Source of the DNA: Rodentibacter haemolyticus
GTDB taxonomy: Bacteria; Pseudomonadota; Gammaproteobacteria; Enterobacterales; Pasteurellaceae
Length of the DNA: 24,000 bases
Direction: 5' to 3'
Assembly: GCF_015356115.1 (NCBI RefSeq)
Contig: NZ_CP063056.1
Span: 1,003,296 to 1,027,295, forward strand
The notes beneath the pieces are model-generated. The model was given only the letters and a program-made list of their open reading frames with translations, ran no database searches and was not told the DNA's origin. Below, in pieces: positions 1 to 9,673 of this stretch (the first letter of the stretch is position 1; every line of letters begins with the position of its first letter). Made by a program: the position numbers and the translations under genes.

Positions 1-42
1 TCATGGTTGATTGAAATTAACTACGTAATAAAGAAAGAGTGA

Positions 43-1176
43 TTATTCAATGGTTAATGTTTTGCCGTCATAACTTAAGGTTTGCACCGTTGTTAATGCC
101 TTACCCCCGTCGGTTTCACCACCGATCAGCAACACTTTATTGTCATAGCCGATGCTCACTCCATAGCCGATACCTGCCGGTAACTCACCAATAATTTTCC
201 ATTTGTTATTGTTGAGTGCATACACTTCTTTATGCCATGCTTTTTTCAATCCCTGATGAGCAAATAATTTCCCCTCTTTGAACTGTTTAGTTGAGCCAGG
301 GAAGTTCGCTCCGCCGGTTACCACATAATAACCGTTGGTATATCCGCCCATTGCACCGGCTAACCCATCTTGTGTCTGACCTTTTGGTGCCGGTAAATCA
401 CCCAAGGCTTTCCATTTCACGCCTTTTTTAGTAATTGTTCCTTGCTCTGTTGCGGCAGTACGCAATCCCGGTTTGATTTCACCATTTATAACGAGAAGAT
501 CATTGCCTTTAATAGCAAATGCTGCACCGGCACGTGGTGGGAATGGGAATACGCCCTCGTTGTACCATTTATTAGTTGCCGGTTGATAGCTGAATAATTC
601 CGGAGTGAAGAAATAGTCTTGAGGACGTTGATCAAAATACGGATCCATCACCGCTTTTTGTTTTGCTTTATCATCACCTGCAGCTGTGTAATCTTGGAAA
701 TAACCGTTAAAAATAGCTTCGTTTACGCCACCGATTAAATAAATTTTATCTTGAGAACTCACCGCACTTGCGCCCACAATACCACGTGGTGAATGTGTCG
801 GAAGTTTTGTCCAAGTGTTATCTGCCGGGTTATAACTATAGGCATCATTTACTAACTGTAATTCGCCTTTTTCATTTTTTTGTAAACCACCGAACACGTA
901 TAATTTGCCATCAATTGCGGCCGCGACAGGTTGGTTACGATCGCCACCGGGGAATGCTGCAATTTCTTGCCATTGCGCATCCTTTTCTTTCAAGTTTAAT
1001 GAGAAGAATTTGTTACCACCCGTGCCTAACCCTACATAAACCGTATCATTGATTAAAGCGCCTGCACCGCTTTTGATTCCGATTGGTAAATCCGGGTATT
1101 GGGCAGCCTGTGCCGCTGAAAATGCAGCAAATGAGATCGCAGCTAATACTGCAGCAGATAAAGTTGATTTTTTCAT
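43..1176 (-). CDS. nanM: N-acetylneuraminate epimerase (sialic acid mutarotase) NanM, periplasmic Kelch-repeat protein
   Basis: ORF 43-1188 (-). A Sec signal peptide ([24 protein letters not shown]) is followed by repeated Kelch-type blades (VYVGLG, LYVFGG, IYLIGG, YVVTGG, LLIGGE). Length and architecture fit NanM/YjhT. Start set at ATG 1176 because GAGG (rc of 1183-1186) lies 6 nt upstream; the ATG at 1188 has no SD. Confidence 0.85.
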   Translation of the reverse strand: MKKSTLSAAVLAAISFAAFSAAQAAQYPDLPIGIKSGAGALINDTVYVGLGTGGNKFFSLNLKEKDAQWQEIAAFPGGDRNQPVAAAIDGKLYVFGGLQKNEKGELQLVNDAYSYNPADNTWTKLPTHSPRGIVGASAVSSQDKIYLIGGVNEAIFNGYFQDYTAAGDDKAKQKAVMDPYFDQRPQDYFFTPELFSYQPATNKWYNEGVFPFPPRAGAAFAIKGNDLLVINGEIKPGLRTAATEQGTITKKGVKWKALGDLPAPKGQTQDGLAGAMGGYTNGYYVVTGGANFPGSTKQFKEGKLFAHQGLKKAWHKEVYALNNNKWKIIGELPAGIGYGVSIGYDNKVLLIGGETDGGKALTTVQTLSYDGKTLTIE

Positions 1177-1432
1177 ATAGCACCTCATTGAGAGATTAAT
1201 AATTTGCCTATCTTTAAAACAACATTGAAGGGCGCTTTTAAATTGAAAGAGAAATCAATACTGTGAATCGCACGAAATCCCTTTTCTTTTATTACAGCAT
1301 TAATAAATTTGGTATGAATTGCAATGAACTCCAAAACAGAGAAGATCAGCACTAAGGCGTTTAATAAGATGAGGCTATATTACGGAGTGAAAAATTAATA
1401 TTCAACAATAATTTGAAGTGAATTTTCAGAAA

Positions 1433-1448
1433 TGAGAGATTGATCACA
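1433..1448. promoter_or_regulatory. CRP-like palindrome TGAGA-N6-TCACA
   Basis: Sequence aaTGAGAgattgaTCACAaattt differs from the CRP consensus TGTGA-N6-TCACA at one position. It lies in the 454-bp nanM/tRNA divergent intergenic region. The target promoter is unknown. Confidence 0.3.
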
Positions 1449-1496
1449 AATTTACAACATACTTTTTATAAAATAAGAATAATTCTTAAACAATAA

Positions 1497-1537
1497 AAGT
1501 GCGGTTAGAAAAAACAATGTTTTAAATAACCGCACTT
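1497..1537. repeat. Inverted USS pair forming a hairpin (AAGTGCGGT ... ACCGCACTT)
   Basis: A perfect forward core at 1497-1505 and a perfect reverse core at 1529-1537 form a stem aaagtgcggtta/taaccgcacttt, followed by atttac. Confidence 0.8.
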
Positions 1538-1594
1538 TATTTACACAATATGAAGATAAAATATTCAACTGAATTATCTTTTTCAAAAAAGGGT

Positions 1595-1623
1595 TTGACA
1601 TCTTTTTAAAAAAACGTATTATA
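1595..1623 (+). promoter_or_regulatory. Sigma70-type promoter of the tRNA cluster
   Basis: TTGACA (1595-1600), a 16-17 nt spacer, then TATTAT/ATTATA (1617-1623). A GC-rich discriminator (ccgccc) follows, about 20 nt upstream of tRNA-Ser. Confidence 0.55.
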
Positions 1624-1642
1624 CCGCCCACACACCGATTGT

Positions 1643-1736
1643 GGTGAGATGGCCGAGTAGGCTGAAGGCGCTCCCCTGCTAAGGGAGTATGGGGTCAAAA
1701 ACTCCATCGAGGGTTCGAATCCCTCTCTCACCGCCA
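1643..1736 (+). tRNA. tRNA-Ser (anticodon GCU), class II with long variable arm, CCA encoded
   Basis: Acceptor stem GGTGAGA/TCTCACC, anticodon stem-loop ctccc-CTGCTAA-gggag, long variable arm tggggtcaaaaactcca, T arm gaggg-TTCGAAT-ccctc, and 3' GCCA. Confidence 0.95.
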
Positions 1737-1756
1737 TTTGTGCTTTTATTTATTCT

Positions 1757-1833
1757 GCACCCGTAGCTCAGCTGGATAGAGTACTCGGCTACGAACCGAG
1801 CGGTCAGAGGTTCGAATCCTCTCGGGTGCGCCA
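1757..1833 (+). tRNA. tRNA-Arg (anticodon ACG), copy 1
   Basis: Acceptor stem GCACCCG/CGGGTGC, D arm tagctcagctggataga, anticodon stem-loop ctcgg-CTACGAA-ccgag, T arm agagg-TTCGAAT-cctct, and 3' GCCA. Confidence 0.95.
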
Positions 1834-1888
1834 TTTTAAAACGGCTCTATCTTCTTAGAATGGTGATGAATAATTAAAAGACGACTAC

Positions 1889-1965
1889 GCACCCGTAGCT
1901 CAGCTGGATAGAGTACTCGGCTACGAACCGAGCGGTCAAAGGTTCGAATCCTTTCGGGTGCGCCA
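1889..1965 (+). tRNA. tRNA-Arg (anticodon ACG), copy 2
   Basis: Identical to copy 1 at a 132-nt offset, except for a compensatory T-stem pair change (G1807/C1821 becomes A1939/T1953). Confidence 0.95.
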
Positions 1966-2025
1966 TTTCTATTTTTATATTATCTTAATTCTCTCATTTT
2001 TTTTGATGTCTCATTATTCGGTATT

Positions 2026-2709
2026 TTATCTGCCTTCTCTGTTATCAATCGTTTTTAGCAAATATTGCCCGTTGACGTCCGCTAAACTACGGAATCCGAC
2101 ATTTGTGATTTTGTAAGCATATTTTGTTTGATAAATCACATTATCGTGATGATGGCCGTGGAAAATATGTTTTATTCCCATTTTTTCGGCTAAATCATTG
2201 ATCACCTGAAATCCCATAGGATGCGGTTTTGGTGCTTCGTGACAAATTAAAATATCGGCTTGTTTATTCTCAAGTACTTCAATATCGGAAGGGAAAATCG
2301 AGGTGCGATGGCGTAATGGTACGCCGCCACGCCAGATTTTTTCTTGTGAACTGTATTGACAATAATGAATGGGATCAAAAAACATCGGGCGATTTGGCGG
2401 CATCCAAATTTGCCCACGGAATACGCCGCCGAGACCTGCAATGCGCACGCCTTGAACATTCTCTACACGGTTGTGTAAATTCCGTGTTTTCCATTCACTC
2501 CCCCAAATTGCATCGAAAGCGGCAACGGTATTACTGTCATGATTGCCATGAATGAACCAAATATCACAATATCGTGCCAATTTTTCTAATTCGTCAGGCG
2601 AAGAAAGCTGTAAGTCACCCAGAATAATCAGGGCAACATCGTCATTTGCTTTAACGAAAGGATAGAGATGCTCATAACTGCCATGAGGGTCGCCGGCGAA
2701 TAGAATCAT
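2026..2709 (-). CDS. Calcineurin-like metallophosphoesterase family protein
   Basis: 227 aa with the full metallophosphoesterase motif series: GDPHG, LGD, HGNHD, CHEAP and HGHHHD. Its ATG (2707-2709) is 1 nt from the nadR stop, so it is probably co-transcribed and translationally coupled. Confidence 0.8.
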   Translation of the reverse strand: MILFAGDPHGSYEHLYPFVKANDDVALIILGDLQLSSPDELEKLARYCDIWFIHGNHDSNTVAAFDAIWGSEWKTRNLHNRVENVQGVRIAGLGGVFRGQIWMPPNRPMFFDPIHYCQYSSQEKIWRGGVPLRHRTSIFPSDIEVLENKQADILICHEAPKPHPMGFQVINDLAEKMGIKHIFHGHHHDNVIYQTKYAYKITNVGFRSLADVNGQYLLKTIDNREGR

Positions 2710-2710
2710 A

Positions 2711-3820
<1,110 letters not shown>

Positions 3821-3924
3821 TCACTTTTTTATTGCACAAAATTGAGTGTCGCTATTGTAGGCGAAATGAAAATATTTTTCACGTTCTGATTTTGCACCTC
3901 CGCATTTTACGTTATACTTAGTCC

Positions 3925-4130
3925 CGCATTCTCAGGGCAGGGTGAAATTCCCTACCGGTGGTAAAGCCCACGAGCGCTTAAAAGTGCGGTCAATTTTTAG
4001 TTAAATTTTCTTGTGAAATTGTTCCGCTTTTACTTTTAAGGTTAGCAGATTTGGTGAAATTCCAAAGCCGACAGTAAAGTCTGGATGAAAGAGAATAAAA
4101 CGGATTGGATTCCCAACCCGTTCTTTTTAT
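3925..4130 (+). promoter_or_regulatory. FMN riboswitch (RFN element) with intrinsic terminator expression platform, leader of ribB
   Basis: Conserved RFN blocks are present: attctcagggcagggtgaaattccctaccggtggtaaagcccacgagcg and ggttagcagatttggtgaaattccaaagccgacagtaaagtctggatgaaagagaat. P1 is attctc (3928-3933) paired with gagaat (4091-4096). A terminator hairpin cgg.ttgg/ccaa.ccg (4101-4120) is followed by ttcttttt. A possible promoter is TTGCAC (3892-3897) with TATACT (3913-3918). Confidence 0.92.
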
Positions 4131-4188
4131 TTGTATTTCTCAGCCCTGATTCTGGTTAATTTTAATCTAAGAAATAAAGGAAATTACG

Positions 4189-4836
4189 ATGAATCAGTCA
4201 ATTTTATCCCCATTCGGCGCAACCGCTGAAGCACGTGTACTGAATGCTATCAACGCATTCAAGAATGGCAACGGTGTATTGGTATTGGACGATGAAGATC
4301 GCGAAAATGAAGGTGATTTAATCTTTCCAGCCGAAACCATCACATCAGAACAAATGGCAAAATTAATTCGTTACGGTAGCGGTATTGTATGTTTATGTAT
4401 CACTGAAGAATTATGCCAGCAGCTTGATTTACCGCCGATGGTAGAGAATAACAGCAGTGTTAATAAAACGGCGTTTACTGTGACGATTGAAGCCGCTAAA
4501 GGAGTTTCTACCGGTGTGTCCGCAGCCGATCGCGTAACCACGATTCAAGCTGCGATCGCAGACGGCGCAAAACCGCAAGACTTACATCGACCGGGGCACG
4601 TTTTTCCACTTCGCGCTACAAATGGCGGAGTATTGGCACGCCGTGGACATACCGAGGCTTCCGTAGATCTTGCTCGACTTGCCGGCTTTAAACCTGCCGG
4701 GGTGATTTGTGAAATCACTAATGATGACGGCTCGATGGCACGCGCCCCCGAAATCATTGCATTTGCCCAAAAATTTGGCTATGTGGTCTTAACGATTGAA
4801 GATTTAGTGGAATATCGTTTAGCACACAATATTTAA
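4189..4836 (+). CDS. ribB: 3,4-dihydroxy-2-butanone-4-phosphate synthase
   Basis: 215 aa with typical RibB blocks ([29 protein letters not shown]). It sits downstream of the FMN riboswitch, with SD aaagga 8 nt upstream of the ATG. Confidence 0.95.
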   Translation: MNQSILSPFGATAEARVLNAINAFKNGNGVLVLDDEDRENEGDLIFPAETITSEQMAKLIRYGSGIVCLCITEELCQQLDLPPMVENNSSVNKTAFTVTIEAAKGVSTGVSAADRVTTIQAAIADGAKPQDLHRPGHVFPLRATNGGVLARRGHTEASVDLARLAGFKPAGVICEITNDDGSMARAPEIIAFAQKFGYVVLTIEDLVEYRLAHNI

Positions 4837-4845
4837 TTTCAGTCA

Positions 4846-4886
4846 AAGTGCGGTTAAAATTCAACGTGATTTTTAACCGCATTTTT
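4846..4886 (+). terminator. Rho-independent terminator of ribB built from a USS and a degenerate inverted USS
   Basis: aagtgcggttaaaa (4846-4859) pairs with ttttaaccgca (4871-4881) and is followed by ttttt. Confidence 0.7.
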
Positions 4887-4926
4887 CGATAATATGCTGG
4901 TGTGTTTTTATATTTAGGATGATTTT

Positions 4927-5699
4927 ATGCACAATACAATACAAAACAACACAATTACGTTATTAGCCTAACCACAGAGACAAAACGCCGAAAACATATT
5001 GAACAAGAATTTGGTAAGCAAAATATTCCTTTTGTATTCTTTGATGCGATTACACCTGAACGCATTGAAGAAATCGCTAAACAATTTAGCATCACCCTTG
5101 ATCGCTCTTCCAAGGCAAAATTGTCGGACGGCGAGATTGCTTGTGCATTAAGCCATATCGCCCTATGGAATTTCGCACTAGAAAATGATCTGGATTATAT
5201 TAATATCTTTGAGGATGACATTCATTTGGGTGAAAATGTCAAGGCATTATTAGAGGTCGATTATCTTCCTCTGGATGTTGATGTGCTGAAATTAGAAGCC
5301 AATGGCAAAATGATTTTTAAAAAGCCGACAGTGATAAAGTGTGGACGAAATATTTATCCTCTGACCTTTAAACAATCAGGTACGGCAGGTTATACCGTTA
5401 CGCATAAAGGGGCGAAATATTTACTTGAGCAGGTGAAAAATAAACCACTTGAACTTGCGATTGATTCACTAATTTTTGAAGATTTTTTGAACTTAAAAGA
5501 TTATAAGATTATGCAACTTTCACCAGCAATTTGTGTTCAAGATTTTATTATCAATAGCGTCCCCTTTGAAAGTAGTTTGAAGAAAGGTCGTGCAGCGGTT
5601 TCCGGTAACCAAAAGAAAGCCTCATTATTAGAAAAAATCAGAAATGAATTTATAAGAGTAAAACGAAAACTATTTATGAAACAGGTACCTTTTAAATGA
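4927..5699 (+). pseudogene. lpsA: Glycosyltransferase family 25 (LOS glycosyltransferase, LpsA-like), 5' frameshifted
   Basis: The GT25 body is open from 4923 to 5699 in one frame (..YVISLTTETKRRKHIEQEFGKQNIPFVFFDAI.., DXD-type NIFEDDIH). The only SD-preceded ATG (4927, AGGA at 4916-4919) is in another frame and stops after 14 codons (TAA 4969-4971). Five ACAAN pentamers occupy 4931-4955. The symbol is assigned by synteny with nadR-ribB only. Confidence 0.7.
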
Positions 5700-5727
5700 T
5701 AAAGAGCGATCAAAATTGACCGCACTT

Positions 5728-5752
5728 TGATCTGCTCCCCAAAAGTTGGACA
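5728..5752. repeat. IS3-family left terminal inverted repeat
   Basis: See the mobile element entry. It is directly preceded by a reverse USS core, ACCGCACTT, at 5719-5727. Confidence 0.8.
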
Positions 5753-5785
5753 TTCAAACCAACAAATTAAGGAGCAGATTCTTTT

Positions 5786-6133
5786 ATGGGCAAACATTAT
5801 TCAACAGACTTTAAATTAAACATCGTTAAAATGATAGGAAACGACCAATTAGGTATCCGAGAAGCGGCAGAACGCTACCATATCTCAAGCCATGCCTCTA
5901 TCGTAAATTGGTTGCAACGTTTCCAAAAACAAGGTATGAACGGGCTTATTCGCCAACCTAATAAGGGATATTCACAAAAAATGAAAAAATATGATGGTTC
6001 GGAGACGGTCAAAGACCTGACGGATAGAAATGCGCTTTTAAAACGAATAGAATACCTTGAAGCGGAAAATGATGTGCTAAAAAAGTTAAAAGCCTTGCGG
6101 GAGCAGAAAGTCAAAAGGAAAAAAGGGTCATAG
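5786..6133 (+). CDS. IS3-family transposase OrfA (HTH DNA-binding subunit)
   Basis: 115 aa with an N-terminal HTH (FKLNIVKMIGNDQLGIREAAERYHISSHASIVNWLQRF) and a C-terminal leucine-zipper-like segment (LKRIEYLEAENDVLKKLKAL). It ends in the A6G slippery run. Confidence 0.85.
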   Translation: MGKHYSTDFKLNIVKMIGNDQLGIREAAERYHISSHASIVNWLQRFQKQGMNGLIRQPNKGYSQKMKKYDGSETVKDLTDRNALLKRIEYLEAENDVLKKLKALREQKVKRKKGS

Positions 6134-6961
6134 TGAATGCCTTAAGACATAGGCATCGCTTGCCCCTGTTATTGCAAATTCTGTCCTTATCCCGTTCAAC
6201 TTATTACTATAAAACGACTGCGCAGGATAATACCCGGATTCGACAGCGAATTTTACAGCTTCATCAAGATAATGAAGGGAGGGACGGCTATCGGATGTTA
6301 CGGGTGAAGTTACGTAAGGAAGGGCTTTTTCTAAGCGGTAAAACCGTGCTTTCACATATGCAAGCCCTGAATATTCGCTCTTGTGTCAAAGTGAAACGTT
6401 GTAGGAAAGGCGGGAAAACAAGCTACGTTGCCCCGAATCTTCTGGCCGGCAATTTTAGTGCGAAGAAACTGAAGCAGAAATTCGTGACGGATGTCACCGA
6501 GTTTCGGGTGGGGAAAGAAAAGTTGTATTTATCACCGATGATGGATTTGGCGAATAGAGAAATTATCGCCTATCAAATAGGGAGACGACCTTCCTTTGCC
6601 TTGGTGAGCGGTATGCTCAAGAAAACCTTGGCACAATTAAGCCGGGAAGATTTACCGATAATCCATAGTGAAAGGCACGCTTTATGGGCTGAAACGTTGG
6701 CGGGAATTGCTTCTTAGAGAAGATGGCACGCCTTATGCGATTCAGAGTATGAGTCGTCGGGGTAATTGCTATGATAATGCGGTAATGGAAAGTTTCTTTA
6801 GTTTATTGAAATCAGAAGCTTTTTACCCTAAACAATTTAGTCATATTGATGAGTTGGAGCAGGCGCTTCACCGTTATATTCGTTATTACAATGAGAAACG
6901 GATTAAATTAGGTTTAAAAAATTTGAGCCCTGTGGATTACAGGACTCAATATTTAAGTTAA
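6133..6961 (+). pseudogene. IS3-family transposase OrfB (DDE/RNase H-fold catalytic part), frameshifted
   Basis: Two ORFs (6133-6717 and 6668-6961) together give a typical OrfB (..LSRSTYYYK.., ..FVTDVTEF.., ..IIHS / KGTLYG.., ..[24 protein letters not shown]..). The frame changes within 6668-6717, most likely at about 6670, where the conserved HSDxG Asp is expected. Confidence 0.8.
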
Positions 6962-6967
6962 ATTATC

Positions 6968-6992
6968 TGTCCAGATTTTGGGGTGCAGATCA
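6968..6992. repeat. IS3-family right terminal inverted repeat
   Basis: See the mobile element entry. It is directly followed by a forward USS core, AAGTGCGGT, at 6993-7001. Confidence 0.8.
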
Positions 6993-7023
6993 AAGTGCGG
7001 TCATTTCTAAGCGTTTTTTATGA

Positions 7024-8373
7024 TTAATATACGCCTTGTGCCAACATTGCGTCCGCTACTTTCACAAAACCGGCTACGTTTGCACCAACGACGTAATTGA
7101 TATTTTCCTGACCTGCAACAGTACCGTATTTTTTACAGTTTGCGTGAATATCAAGCATAATGCGGTGCAATTTTTCATCCACTTCTTCTGAAGTCCAGTA
7201 TAACCGTTGTGAACTTTGCGCCATCTCCAAACCGGAGGTTGCCACCCCGCCGGCATTCGCTGCCTTACCCGGTCCGAATAACACATTAGCCTCTAAGAAT
7301 GCATCGGTTGCTTCAATGGAAGTCGGCATATTCGCCCCTTCTGCAACTAATTTTACGCCATTTGCGATCAAGACTTTGGCGTCCTCAATTTCAAGTTCAT
7401 TTTGAGTCGCACAAGGCAGTGCAATATCGACTTTCACTTCCCAAGGGCGTTTGCCTTCAACATACTGTAAACCAAATTGTTCTGCGTAATCTTTCACACG
7501 ACCACGTTTTACATTTTTAATCTCTAAAAGTGCGGCTAATTTTTCAGAAGTGAAGCCTTCCGGATCATAAACATAACCTGAAGAATCCGAGCAAGTTATC
7601 ACTTTCGCCCCCAATGCCAAGGCTTTTTCAATAGCATATTGTGCCACATTGCCGGAACCTGAAACAGAAACGACTTTATCTTTGAAGCTATCGCCTTTTT
7701 CTGCCAACATGGCTTGTGCGAAATAAACCAAACCGTAACCGGTTGCTTCCGGGCGAATCAAGCTCCCGCCGAAAGACAAACCGCGACCGGTGAATACACA
7801 GGCGGCTTGATTGGATAATTTTTTCATATAACCGGCAAGATAACCTACTTCGCGACCACCTACACCGATATCTCCCGCAGGAACGTCCGTATCAGAACCG
7901 ACATGGCGATATAATTCCGCCATCAGTGCTTGACAGAAACGCATCACTTCGCCATCAGATTTGCCTTTAGGATCAAAATCCGAGCCGCCTTTACCACCGC
8001 CCATCGGCAATGTGGTTAACGCATTTTTGAAAATTTGTTCGAATCCTAAAAATTTTAAGATAGATAAGTTGACGGACGGATGAAAACGCATACCGCCTTT
8101 ATATGGGCCAATCGCACTATTGTATTGAACGCGGAATGCACGGTTTACTTGAACTTGTCCTTTGTCATCAGTCCATGCGACACGAAACTGGAATGCTCGC
8201 TCAGGCTCAACTAAACGTTCTAATAACGCTTCTGAACGATATTTAGGGTTTGCTTCCAAAAATGGCCAGATAGAAGTGAAAACCTCTCGAACTGCTTGTA
8301 AAAATTCAGGTTGGTGACCATCACGTTGAGCGACTTTTGCTAAGAATGCGTCTAAGGATGCAACTGTTGACAT
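7024..8373 (-). CDS. gdhA: NADP-specific glutamate dehydrogenase
   Basis: 449 aa with the Glu/Leu/Phe/Val dehydrogenase active-site block LPMGGGKGGSDFDPKGKS and the dinucleotide fold VSGSGNVAQYA. Colinear with enterobacterial GdhA. Confidence 0.95.
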   Translation of the reverse strand: MSTVASLDAFLAKVAQRDGHQPEFLQAVREVFTSIWPFLEANPKYRSEALLERLVEPERAFQFRVAWTDDKGQVQVNRAFRVQYNSAIGPYKGGMRFHPSVNLSILKFLGFEQIFKNALTTLPMGGGKGGSDFDPKGKSDGEVMRFCQALMAELYRHVGSDTDVPAGDIGVGGREVGYLAGYMKKLSNQAACVFTGRGLSFGGSLIRPEATGYGLVYFAQAMLAEKGDSFKDKVVSVSGSGNVAQYAIEKALALGAKVITCSDSSGYVYDPEGFTSEKLAALLEIKNVKRGRVKDYAEQFGLQYVEGKRPWEVKVDIALPCATQNELEIEDAKVLIANGVKLVAEGANMPTSIEATDAFLEANVLFGPGKAANAGGVATSGLEMAQSSQRLYWTSEEVDEKLHRIMLDIHANCKKYGTVAGQENINYVVGANVAGFVKVADAMLAQGVY

Positions 8374-8504
8374 ATTATGTTTCCTTCTTAATTATTGATG
8401 TTGTGTGTTTGCTTTTTTTCTTTAATAACCGTTGGGAACGGCTCAAAAACAATATGCAATGACTAAACCAGTATTGCAACGATTTTTTTATAGAAAAAAT
8501 GAAG

Positions 8505-8547
8505 AAAAAAGAAAAATCGAGATTTTTTCTAAAAAAATCTCGATTTT
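8505..8547 (-). terminator. AT-rich hairpin plus T-run, probable hemB terminator
   Basis: Stem 8513-8528 pairs with 8532-8547 (core tcgaga/tctcga). On the minus strand it is followed by tttttcttttttc. Confidence 0.5.
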
Positions 8548-8588
8548 ATTAGATTGAATTTAATTTCACTAGTAAAAGTGACAAATCG

Positions 8589-9623
<1,035 letters not shown>

Positions 9624-9673
9624 TTATTGACTACTTATAACGAGAAAGGGGGAAGCCTCCCGTTTTGCTTATG

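Larger units (their letters stand above)
5728..6992 (+). mobile_element. IS3-family insertion sequence (orfA/orfB organisation), transposase disrupted; ends may extend to 5717/7003
   Basis: The terminal inverted repeats start TG...CA. IRL is TGATCTGCTCCCCAAAAGTTGGACA (5728-5752), and rc of IRR is TGATCTGCACCCCAAAATCTGGACA (6968-6992), matching at 22 of 25 positions. orfA and orfB overlap in the -1 frame at an A6G run (6119-6125). I could not recognise a target-site duplication. Confidence 0.85.

Noticed and set aside
768-1052. 94-aa ORF on the plus strand inside nanM
   Set aside because: It lies entirely antisense to a well-supported Kelch-repeat gene. It has no SD and a Cys/His/Arg-rich, low-plausibility sequence, typical of a shadow ORF.
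1177-1188. Four-codon N-terminal extension of nanM (MRCY-)
   Set aside because: The SD GAGG sits inside this extension and serves the ATG at 1176. The signal peptide begins at MKK.
4545-4770. Two antisense ORFs (70 and 62 aa) inside ribB
   Set aside because: Shadow ORFs opposite a highly conserved gene.
4931-4955. Reading the lpsA 5' tract as a classical hypermutable (CAAT)n-type phase-variation repeat
   Set aside because: Only two of the five pentamers are identical. A tract this short and degenerate is unlikely to slip at high frequency. I therefore report it as a one-unit frameshift (possible relic switch) rather than as an active contingency locus.
5537-6355. Minus-strand ORFs 5537-5797, 5875-6114 and 6128-6355
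   Set aside because: They are antisense to the lpsA 3' end and the IS3 transposase genes. The first runs across the IS terminal repeat, which is incompatible with a conserved gene.
7074-7520. Three small ORFs inside gdhA (7074-7286 -, 7160-7405 +, 7299-7520 +)
   Set aside because: They are out of frame or antisense within a strongly supported gene.
8455-8478. TGCAAT-N12-ATTGCA inverted repeat upstream of gdhA
   Set aside because: A 6-bp arm in AT-rich intergenic DNA is expected by chance, and I can link it to no known regulator consensus.
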